A program made the position numbers and the translations under genes. This document shows, in pieces, positions 27,801 through 39,900 of a stretch of 64,000 bases of DNA. The stretch's first letter is position 1; each line of letters begins with the position of its first letter. Under the pieces are notes generated by a model. That model made no database searches. It was not told where the DNA came from and saw only the letters and a list, made by a program, of their open reading frames with translations. The stretch lies in the NCBI RefSeq assembly GCF_009914755.1, contig NC_060939.1. One strand, given 5' to 3'. Source of the stretch: the human T2T-CHM13v2.0 reference genome, Homo sapiens.

Positions 27801-29724
27801 CAGGTGATGGGGCTTTTGTCTAGGCTCTGCCTAAGGGGGCATTGTGACATATTTCTGCATTGATCACCCAGGTGGCGAACTCTTCTCTCGGATCTGCCTA
27901 TGGGGGCATTGTGAGAAATCTCTGCACTGATCACCCAGGTGATGTAACTGTTGTGTAACCTCTGCCTACAGGGGAATTGTGAGAGACCTCTCCACTGATT
28001 ACCCAAGTGATGTAACCATTGTCTAGGCTTTGCGTACAGGGGGCTTTGTGAAATACCTTTGCACTGATCACCCAGGTGATGTAACACATCTAAGTTCGGC
28101 CTAAGGAGCTTTGTGACACATCTCTGCACTGATCACTTAGGTGATGTAACACTTTTATAATCACTGCCTACAGGGAATTTTGACAAATCTCTGCACTGAT
28201 CACCTAGGTGATGTAACTCTTGTCTAACCTCCGTCCAACGGGGCATTGTGAAATATCTCAGCACTGAACACCCAGGTGAATCAACTCTTGACTAGGAACT
28301 GCCTACAGAGGTTATTGTGAAATATCTCTGCACTGATAAACTAGGTGGTGTAAACCTTGTCCAAGCTCTGCCTACACGGGCGTTTCCACATATCCCTGAA
28401 CTGACGACAAAGGTGATGTAAGTATTGCCTAGGATTTGCCTACAGGGGACATTGGACATATATCTGCACTGATCACCCAGGTGATGCAACTCTTGCCTAG
28501 GCTTTGCCTACAGGGGACACTGTGACATATCTCTTCAATGATCACTCATGTGATGCATCTCTTGCCTAGGCTTTGCCAGCAGGGGACGTTGTGACATATC
28601 TCTGCACTGATCTCCCTGGTACTGTAACTTTAGTCTAGGCTCTGGCTACACGGCATTGTGACATATCACTGCACTGATCAACCAGGTGATATAACTCTTG
28701 TATAGGCTCTGCCTACAGGGGGATTGTGACCTACCTCTGCACTGATCACCCAGGTGATATAACTCTTCTCTAGGATCTGCCTACAGGGTGCTTTGTGACA
28801 TATCCCTGCACTGATCTCCCAGGTGACCTAACTCTGGTCTAAGCTCTGCCTAAAGGGGCATTGTGACAGATCTCTGCACTGATCACTCAGGTGATGTAAC
28901 TATTGTCTAGGCTCTGCTTAAAGGGGCCTTGTCACATATCCCTGCACTGATCACCCAGGTGATGTAACTCTTGTCTAGGCTCTGCTTCCAGGGCATATTG
29001 TGACATAACTATGCACTGACCACCTTAGTGATGTAACACTTGTGTAGGCTCGGCCTACAGAGGAATCTTGACATATCTCTGCCCTGTTAAACGAGGTGAT
29101 TTAACTCTTGTCTAGGCTGTGCCCACAGGGGGATTGAGACATATCTCTGCACTGATCCTGAGGTGATCCAACTCTTGCCTGGTCTCTGCCTACTGGGGAC
29201 ATTGTGACATATCTCTGCACTGATCTCCCAGGTGCTGTAAATTTTGTCTAGGCTCTGGCTACACGGCATTGTGATTTATCACTGCACTGATCACCCAGGC
29301 GTTACAACTCTTGTCTAGGCTCTGCCTACAATGGTCTTGTGACATATCTCTGCACTGATCACCCAGGTGATATAACTCTTCTCTAGGATCTGACCACGGG
29401 GTGCTTTGTGACATATCCCTGCAATGATCACACAGGTGATATACCACTTGCCAAGGCTCTGCTTACAGGGGCATTGCAATGTATCTCTGCACTGATCACC
29501 TAGGACTTGTAGCTATTTTCTAGGATCTGCCTACAGGGTGCTTTGTGACGGGTCCCAGCAAGGATTACCCAGGTGATGTACCTCTCATCAAGGCTCTGCC
29601 TACAGGCACATTGCGATATATCTCTGCACTGATCACCAAGGTCATGTAACTTTTGTCTAGGCTCTACCTACGATGGCATTGTGACATATCTCTGCACTAA
29701 TCATCCAAGTGATGTAACACTTGT

Positions 29725-30812
29725 CTAGGATGTGCCTAAATTAACTTTTTGACATAACCCTGTACTGATCATCCAGGTGATGGGGCTTTTGTCTAGGCTC
29801 TGCCTAAGGGGGCATTGTGACATATTTCTGCATTGGTCACCCAGGTGGCGAACTCTTCTCTCGGATCTGCCTATGGGGGCATTATGAGAAATCTCTGCAC
29901 TGATCACCCAGGTGATGTAACTGTTGTGTAACCACTGCCTACAGGGGAATTGTGAGAGATCTCGCCACTGATTACCCAAGTGATGTAACCATTGTCTAGG
30001 CTTTGCGTACAGGGGGCTTTGTGACATACCTTTGCACTGATCACCCAGGTGTTGTAACATATCTAAGTTCGGCCTAAAGGAGCTTTGTGACACATCTCTG
30101 CACTGATCACTTAGGTGATGTAACACTTTTATAATCACTGCCTACAGGGAATTTTGACAAATCTCTGCACTGATCACCTAGGTGATGTAACTCTTGTCTA
30201 CCCTCCGTCCAACGGGGCATTGTGTAATATCTCAGCACTGAACACCCAGGTGAATCAACTCTTGACTAGGAACTGCCTACAGAGGTTATTGTGAAATATC
30301 TCTGCACTGATAAACTAGGTGGTGTAAACCTTGTCCAAGCTCTGCCTACAGGGGCGTTTCCACATATCCCTGAACTGACGACAAAGGTGATGTAACTCTT
30401 GCCTAGGCTTTGCCTACAGGGGACATTGGACATATATCTGCACTGATCACCCAGGTGATATAACTCTTCTCTAGGATCTGACCACGGGGTGCTTTGTGAC
30501 ATATCCCTGCAATGATCACACAGGTGATATACCACTTGCCAAGGCTCTGCTTACAGGGGCATTGCAATGTATCTCTGCACTGATCACCTAGGACTTGTAG
30601 CTATTTTCTAGGATCTGCCTACAGGGTGCTTTGTGACGGGTCCCAGCAAGGATTACCCAGGTGATGTACCTCTCATCAAGGCTCTGCCTACAGGCACATT
30701 GCGATATATCTCTGCACTGATCACCAAGGTCATGTAACTTTTGTCTAGGCTCTACCTACGATGGCATTGTGACATATCTCTGCACTAATCATCCAAGTGA
30801 TGTAACACTTGT
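29725..30812 (+). repeat. 16-mer (1088 bp) deletion-variant HOR, copy 3
   Basis: Marker spacing 1088; same junction at 30437-30459. Confidence 0.9.
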
Positions 30813-33800
30813 CTAGGATGTGCCTAAATTAACTTTTTGACATAACCCTGTACTGATCATCCAGGTGATGGGGCTTTTGTCTAGGCTCTGCCTAAGGGGG
30901 CATTGTGACATATTTCTGCATTGATCACCCAGGTGGCGAACTCTTCTCTCGGATCTGCCTATGGGGGCATTATGAGAAATCTCTGCACTGATCACCCAGG
31001 TGATGTAACTGTTGTGTAACCTCTGCCTACAGGGGAATTGTGAGAGATCTCGCCACTGATTACCCAAGTGATGTAACCATTGTCTAGGCTTTGCGTACAG
31101 GGGGCTTTGTGACATACCTTTGCACTGATCACCCAGGTGTTGTAACATATCTAAGTTCGGCCTAAAGGAGCTTTGTGACACATCTCTGCACTGATCACTT
31201 AGGTGATGTAACACTTTTATAATCACAGCCTACAGGGAATTTTGACAAATCTCTGCACTGATCACCTAGGTGAGGTAACTCTTGTCTTCCCTCTGTCCAA
31301 CGGGGCATTGTGAAATATCTCTGCACTGAACACCCAAGTGATTCAACTCTTGACTAGGAACTGCCTACAGAGGTTATTGTGAAATATCTCTGCACTGATA
31401 AACTAGGTTGTGTAACCCTTGTCCAAGCTCTGCCTACAGGGGCGTTTCCACATATCCCTGAACTGATGACAAAGGTGATGTAACCCTTGCCTAGGCTTTG
31501 CCTACAGGGGTCATTGGACATATATCTGCACTGATCACCCAGGTGATGCAACTCTTGCCTAGGCTTTGCCTACAGGGGACATTGTGACATATCTCTGCAC
31601 TGATCTCCCTGGTACTGTAACTTTAGTCTAGGCTCTGGCTACACGGCATTGTGACATATCACTGCACTGATCAACCAGGTGATATAACTCTTGTATAGGC
31701 TCTGCCTACAGGGGGATTGTGACCTACCTCTGCACTGATCACCCAGGTGATATAACTCTTCTCTAGGATCTGCCTGCAGGGTGCTTTGTGACATATCCCT
31801 GCACTGATCACCCAGGTGACCTAACTCTGGTCTAAGCTCTGCCTAAAGGGGCATTGTGACAGATCTCTGCACTGATCACTCAGGTGATGTAACTATTGTC
31901 TAGGCTCTGCTTAATGGGGCCTTGTCACATATCCCTGCACTGATCACCCAGGTGATGTAACTCTTGTCTAGGCTCTGCTTCCAGGGCATATTGTGACATA
32001 ACTATGCACTGATCACCTTAGTGATGTAACACTTGTGTAGGCTCGGCCTACAGAGGAATCTTGACATATCTCTGCACTGTTAAACGAGATGATTTAACTC
32101 TTGTCTAGGCTGTGCCCACAGGGGGATTGAGACATATCTCTGCACTGATCCCGAGGTGATCCAAATCTTGCTTGGTCTCTGCCTACTGGGGACATTGTGA
32201 CACATCTCTGCACTGATCTCCCAGGTTCTGTAAATTTTGTCTAGGCTCTGGCTACAAGGCATTGTGACATATCACTGCACTGATCACCCAGGCGATACAA
32301 CTCTTGTCTAGGCTCTTCCTACAATGGTTTTGTGACATATCTCTGCACTGATCACTCAGGTGATATAACTCTTCTCTAGGATCTGACCACGGGGTGCTTT
32401 GTGACATATCCCTGCAATGATCACACAGGTGATATACCACTTGCCAAGGCTCTGCTTACAGGGGCATTGCAATGTATGTCTGCACTGATCACCTAGGACT
32501 TGTAGCTATTTTCTAGGATCTGCCTACAGGGTGCTTTGTGACGGGTCCCAGCAAGGATTACCCAGGTAATGTACCTCTCATCAAGGCTCTGCCTACAGGC
32601 ACATTGCGATATATCTCTGCACTGATCACCAAGGTCATGTAACATTTGTCTAGGCTCTACCTACGATGGCATTGTGACATATCTCTGCATTAATCATCCA
32701 AGTGATGTAACACTTGTCTAGGATGTGCCTAAATTAACTTTTTGACATAACCCTGTACTGATCATCCAGGTGATGGGGCTTTTGTCTAGGCTCTGCCTAA
32801 GGGGGCATTGTGACATATTTCTGCATTGATCACCCAGGTGGCGAACTCTTCTCTCGGATCTGCCTATGGGGGCATTGTGAGAAATCTCTGCACTGATCAC
32901 CCAGGTGATGTAACTGTTGTATAACCTCTGCCTACAGGGGAATTGTGAGAGATCTCTCCACAGATTACCCAAGTGATGTAACCATTGTCTAGGCTTTGCG
33001 TACAGGGGGCTTTGTGACATACCTTTGCACTGATCACCCAGGTGATGTAACACATCTAAGTTCGGCCTAAAGGAGCTTTGTGACACATCTCTGCACTGAT
33101 CACTTAGGTGATGTAACACTTTTATAATCACTGCCTACAGGGAATTGAGACAAATCTCTGCACTGATCACCTAGGTGATGTAACTCTTGTCTACCCTTCG
33201 TCCAACGGGGCTTTGTGAAATATCTCGGCACTGAACACCCAGGTGAATCAACTCTTGACTAGGAACTGCCTACAGAGGTTATTGTGAAATATCTCTGCAC
33301 TGATAAACTAGGTGGTGTAACTCTTGTCCAAGCTCTGCCTACAGGGGCGTTTCCACATATCCCTGAACTGACGACAAAGGTGATGTAACTCTTGCCTAGG
33401 CTTTGCCTAGAGGGGACATTAGACATATATCTGCACTGATCACCCAGGTGATGCAACTCTTGCCTAGGCTTTGCCTACAGGGGACACTGTGACATATCTC
33501 TTCAATGATCACTCATGTGATGCATCTCTTGCCTAGGCTTTGCCAACAGGGGACATTGTGACATATCTCTGCACTGATCTCCCTGGTACTGTAACTTTAG
33601 TCTAGGCTCTGGCTACACGGCATTGTGACATATCACTGCACTGATCAACCAGGTGATATAACTCTCGTATAGGCTCTGCCTACAGGGGGATTGTGACCTA
33701 CCTCTGCACTGATCACCCAGGTGATATAACTCTTCTCTAGGATCTGCCTACAGGGTGCTTTGTGACATATCCCTGCACTGATCACCCAGGTGACCTAACT

Positions 33801-36800
33801 CTGGTCTAAGCTCTCCCTAAAGGGGCATTGTGACAGATCTCTGCACTGATCACTCAGGTGATGTAACTATTGTCTAGGCGCTGCTTAAAGGGGCCTTGTC
33901 ACATATCCCTGCACTGATCACCCAGGTGATGTAACTCTTGTCTAGGCTCTGCTTCCAGGGCATATTGTGACATAACTATGCACTGATCACCTTAGTGATG
34001 TAACACTTGTGTAGGCTCGGCCTACAGAGGAATCTTGACATATCTCTGCACTGTTAAACGAGGTGATTTAACTCTTGTCTAGGCTGTGCCCACAGGGGGA
34101 TTGAGACATATCTCTGCACTGATCCCGAGGTGATCCAACTCTTGCCTGGTCTCTGCCTACTGGGGACATTGTGACATATCTCTGCACTGATCTCCCAGGT
34201 GCTGTAAATTTTGTCTAGGCTCTGGCTACACGGCATTGTGACTTATCACTGCACTGATCACCCAGGCGATACAACTCTTGTCTAGGCTCTGCCTACAATG
34301 GTCTTGTGACATATCTCTGCACTGATCACCCAGGTGATATAACTCTTCTCTAGGATCTGACCACGGGGTGCTTTGTGACATATCCCTGCAATGATCACAC
34401 AGGTGATATACCACTTGCCAAGGCTCTGCCTACAGGGGCATTGCAATGTATCTTTGCACTGATCACCTAGGACTTGTAGCTATTTTCTAGGATCTGCCTA
34501 CAGGGCGCTTTGTGACGGGTCCCAGCAAGGATTACCCAGGTGATGTACCTCTCATCAAGGCTCTGCCTACAGGCACATTGCGATATATCTCTGCACTGAT
34601 CACCAAGGTCATGTAACTTTTGTCTAGGCTCTACCTACGATGGCATTGTGACATATCTCTGCACTAATCATCCAAGTGATGTAACACTTGTCTAGGATGT
34701 GCCTAAATTAACTTTTTGACATAACCCTGTACTGATCATCCAGGTGATGGGGCTTTTGTCTAGGCTCTGCCTAAGGGGGCATTGTGACATATTTCTGCAT
34801 TGATCACCCAGGTGGCGAACTCTTCTCTCGGATCTGCCTATGGGGGCATTGTGAGAAATCTCTGCACTGATCACCCAGGTGATGTAACAGTTGTGTAACC
34901 TCTGCCTACAGGGGAATTGTGAGAGACCTCTCCACTGATTACCCAAGTGATGTAACCATTGTCTAGGCTTTGCGTACAGGGGGCTTTGTGAAATACCTTT
35001 GCACTGATCACCCAGGTGATGTAACACATCTAAGTTCGGCCTAAGGAGCTTTGTGACACATCTCTGCACTGATCACTTAGGTGATGTAACACTTTTATAA
35101 TCACTGCCTACAGGGAATTTTGACAAATCTCTGCACTGATCACCTAGGTGATGTAACTCTTGTCTTCCCTCTGTCCAACGGGGCATTGTGAAATATCTCT
35201 GCACTGAACACCCAAGTGATTCAACTCTTGACTAGGAACTGCCTACAGAGGTTATTGTGAAATATCTCTGCACTGATAAACTAGGTTGTGTAACCCTTGT
35301 CCAAGCTCTGCCTACAGGGGCGTTTCCACATATCCCTGAACTGATGACAAAGGTGATGTAACCCTTGCCTAGGCTTTGCCTACAGGGGTCATTGGACATA
35401 TATCTGCACTGATCACCCAGGTGATGCAACTCTTGCCTAGGCTTTGCCTACAGGGGACACTGTGACATATCTCTTCAATGATCACTCATGTGATGCATCT
35501 CTTGCCTAGGCTTTGCCAACAGGGGACATTGTGACATATCGCTGCACTGATCTCCCTGGTACTGTAACTTTAGTCTAGGCTCTGGCTACACGGCATTGTG
35601 ACATATCACTGCACTGATCAACCAGGTGATATAACTCTTGTATATGCTCTGCCTACACGGGGATTGTGACCTACCTCTGCACTGATCACCCAGGTGATAT
35701 AACTCTTCTCTAGGATCTGCCTACAGGGTGCTTTGTGACATATCCCTGCACTGATCTCCCAGGTGACCTAACTCTGGTCTAAGCTCTGCCTAAAGGGGCA
35801 TTGTGACAGATCTCTGCACTGATCACTCAGGTGATGTAACTATTGTCTAGGCTCTGCTTAAAGGGGCCTTGTCACATATCCCTGCACTGATCACCCAGGT
35901 GATGTAACTCTTGTCTAGGCTCTGCTTCCAGGGCATATTGTGACATAACTATGCACTGACCACCTTAGTGATGTAACACTTGTGTAGGCTCGGCCTACAG
36001 AGGAATCTTGACATATCTCTGCCCTGTTAAACGAGGTGATTTAACTCTTGTCTAGGCTGTGCCCACAGGGGGATTGAGACATATCTCTGCACTGATCCTG
36101 AGGTGATCCAACTCTTGCCTGGTCTCTGCCTACTGGGGACATTGTGACATATCTCTGCACTGATCTCCCAGGTGCTGTAAATTTTGTCTAGGCTCTGGCT
36201 ACACGGCATTGTGACTTATCACTGAACTGATCACCCAGGCGATACAACTGTTGTCGAGGCTCTGCCTACAATGGTCTTGTGACATATCTCTGCACTGATC
36301 ACCCAGGTGATATAACTCTTCTCTAGGATCTGACCACGGGGTGCTTTGTGACATATCCCTGCAATGATCACACAGGTGATATACCACTTGCCAAGGCTCT
36401 GCTTACAGGGGCATTGCAATGTATCTCTGCACTGATCACCTAGGACTTGTAGCTATTTTCTAGGATCTGCCTACAGGGTGCTTTGTGACGGGTCCCAGCA
36501 AGGATTACCCAGGTGATGTACCTCTCATCAAGGCTCTGCCTACAGGCACATTGCGATATATCTCTGCACTGATCACCAGGGTCATGTAACTTTTGTCTAG
36601 GCTCTACCTACGATGGCATTGTGACATATCTCTGCACTAATCATCCAAGTGATGTAACACTTGTCTAGGATGTGCCTAAATTAACTTTTTGACATAACCC
36701 TGTACTGATCATCCAGGTGATGGGGCTTTTGTCTAGGCTCTGCCTAAGGGGGCATTGTGACATATTTCTGCATTGATCACCCAGGTGGCGAACTCTTCTC

Positions 36801-36949
36801 TTGGATCTGCCTATGGGGGCATTGTGAGAAATCTCTGCACTGATCACCCAGGTGATGTAACCGTTATGTAACCTCTGCCTACAGAGGAATTGTGAGAGAT
36901 CTCGCCACTGATTACCCAAGTGATGTAACCATTGTCTAGGCTTTGCGTA

Positions 36950-39900
36950 CAGGGGGCTTTGTGACATACCTTTGCACTGATCACCCAGGTGATGTAACAC
37001 ATCTACGTTCGGCCTAAAGGAGGTTTGTGACATATCTCTGCACTGATCACTTAGGTGATGTAACACTTTTTTAATCACTGCCTTCAGGGAATTTTGACAA
37101 ATCTCTGCACTGATCACCTAGGTGATGTAACTCTTGTCTACCCTCTGTCCAACGGGGCATTGTGAAATATCTCTGCACTGATCACCCAGGTGATTCAACT
37201 CTTGACTAGGAACTGCCTACAGAGGTTATTGTGAAATATCTCTGCACTGATAAACTAGGTGGGGTAACACTTGTCCAAGCTCTGCCTACAGGGGCGTTTC
37301 CACATATCCCTGAAATGATGACAAAGGTGATGTAACACTTGCCTAGGCTTTGCCTACAGGGAACATTGGACATATATCTGCACTGATCACCCAGTTGATG
37401 CAACTCTTGCCTAGGCTTTGCCTACAGGAGACATTGTGACATATCTCTTCAATGATCACTCATGTGATGCATCTCTTGCCTAGGCTTTGCCTACAGGCGA
37501 CATTGTGACATATCTCTGCACTGATCTCCCAGGTGCTGTAACTTTAGTCTAGGCTCTGGCTACACGGAATTGTGACATATCACTGCACTGATCAACCAGG
37601 TGATATAACTCTTGTATAGGCTCTGCCTACAGGGGGATTGTGACCTACCTCTGCACTGATCACCCAGGTGATATAACTCTTCTCTAGGATCTGCCTACAG
37701 GGTACTTTGTGACATATCCCTGCACTGATCACCCAGGTGATCTAACTCTGGTCTAAGCTCTGCCTAAAGGGGCATTGTGACAGATCTCTGCACTGATCCC
37801 TCTGGTGATGTAAGTATTGTCTAGGCTCTGCTTCAAGGGGCCTTGTCACATATCTCTGCACTGATCACCCAGGTGATGTAACTCTTGTCTAGGCTTTGCT
37901 TCCAGGGCATATTGTGACATATCTATGCACTGATCACCTTAGTGATGTAACACTTTGGTAGGCTCGGCCTACAGGGGAATCTTGACATATCTCTGCACTG
38001 TTAACCGAGGTGATTTAACCCTTGTGTAGGCTGTGCCCACAGGGGGATTGAGACATATCTCTGCACTGATCCCGAGGTGATACAACTCTTGCCTGGTCTC
38101 TGCCTACTGTGGACATTGTGACATATCTCTGCACTGATCTCCCAGGTGCTGTAACTTTAGTCTAGGCTCCGGCTACAAGGCATTGTGACATATCACTGCA
38201 CTGATCACCCAGGCGATATAACTCATCTCTAGGATCTGACCACAGGGTGCTTTGTGACATATCCCTGCAATGATCACCCAGGTGATATACCACTTTCCAA
38301 GGCTCTGCCTACAGGGGCATTGCAATGTATCTCGGCACTGATCACCTAGGTCTTGTAGCTATTTTCTAGGATCTGCCTACAGGGTGCTTTGTGACGTGTC
38401 CCAGCAAGGATTACCCAGGTGATGTACCTCTCATCAAGGCTCTGCCTACAGGCACATTGTGATGTATCTCTGCACTGATCACCTTGGTCATGTAACTTTT
38501 TTCTAGGCTCTACCTACGATGGCATTGTGACATATGTCGGCACTAATCATCCAAGTGATGTAACCCTTGTCTAGGATTTGCCTAAATTAACTTTTTGACA
38601 TAACCCTGTACTGATCATCCAGGTGATGGAGCTTTTCTCTAGGCTCTGTCTAAGGGGGCATTGTGACATATTTCTGCATTGATCACCCAGGTGGCGAACT
38701 CTTCTCTCGGATCTGCCTATGGGGGCATTGTGAGAAATCTCTGCACTGATCATCCAGGTGATGTAACTGTTGTGTTACCTCGGCCTACAGGTTAATTGTG
38801 AGAGATCTCGTCACTGATTACCCAAGTGATGTAACCATTGTCTAGGCTTTTCGTACAGGGGACTTTGTGACATACCTTTGCACTGATCACCCAGGTGATG
38901 TATCACATCAAAGTTCGGCCTAAAGGAGCTTTGTGACATATCTCTGCACTGATCACTTAGGTGATGTAACACTTTTATAATCACTGCCTACAGGGAATTT
39001 TGACAAATCTCTGCACTGATCACCTAGGTGATGTAACTCTTGTCTACCCTCTGTCCAACGGGGCATTGTGAAATGTCTCTGCACTGATCACCCAGGTGAT
39101 TCAACTCTTGACTAGGAACTGCCTACAGAGGTTATTGTGAAATATCTCTGCACTGATAAACTAGGTGGGGTAACCCCTGTCCAAGCTCTGCCTACAGGGG
39201 CGTTTCCACATATCCCTGAACTGATGACAAAGGTGATGTAACACTTGCCTAGGCTTTGCCCACAGGGAACATTGGACATATATCTGCACTGATCACCCAG
39301 GTGATGCAACTCTTGCCTAGGCTTTGCCTACAGGGGACATTGTGACATATCTCTTCAATGATCACTCATGTGATGCATCTCTTGCCTAGGCTTTGCCTAC
39401 AGGGGACATTGTGACATATCTCTGCACTGATCTCCCAGGTGCTGTAACTTTAGTCTAGGCTCTGGCTACACGGCACTGTGACACATCACTGCACTGATCA
39501 ACCAGGTGATATAACTCTTGTATAGGCTCTGCCTACAGTGGGATTGTGACCTACCTCTGCACTGATCACCCAGGTGATATAACTCTTCTCTAGGATCTGC
39601 CTACAGGGTACATTGTGACATATCCCTGCACTGATCAACCAGGTGATCTAACTCAAGTCTAGGCTCTGCCTAAAGGGGCATTGTGACAGATCTCTGCACT
39701 GATCCCTCTGGTGATGTAAGTATTGTCTAGGCTCTGCTTTAAGGGGACTTGTCACATATCTCTGCACTGATCACCCAGGTGATGTAACTCTTGTCTAGGC
39801 TCTGCTTCCAGGGCATATTGTGACATATCTATGCACTGATCACCTTAGTGATGTAACACTTTGGTAGGCTCGGCCTACAGGGGAATCTTGACATATCTCT

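Larger units (their letters stand above)
19880..35160 (+). repeat. Second large duplication: ~6.4 kb block (~19.9-26.25 kb) repeated at +8913 bp (~28.8-35.16 kb)
   Basis: Shared rare variants at +8913: TTAATGGGGCC 23001/31914, GAATTGAGACAA 24231/33144, CACTGACCAC 20101/29014. Identity breaks at 26251 (CTACCCTCCG) versus 35164 (CTTCCCTCTG). Confidence 0.82.
4950..36950 (+). repeat. Central homogeneous layer: 29-mer type HOR subfamily and its deletion derivatives
   Basis: Spacings of 1973-1974 dominate. Extra monomer ...CTACAATGGT(C/T)TTGTG... (e.g. ~5760-5827). Alleles GATGGGGCTT, GTAACTATT, GCTTAAAGGGG, CATAACTATG, CTTGTGTAGG, GTTAAACGAG, GGTGACCTAAC, CTGAACACCC. Confidence 0.88.
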
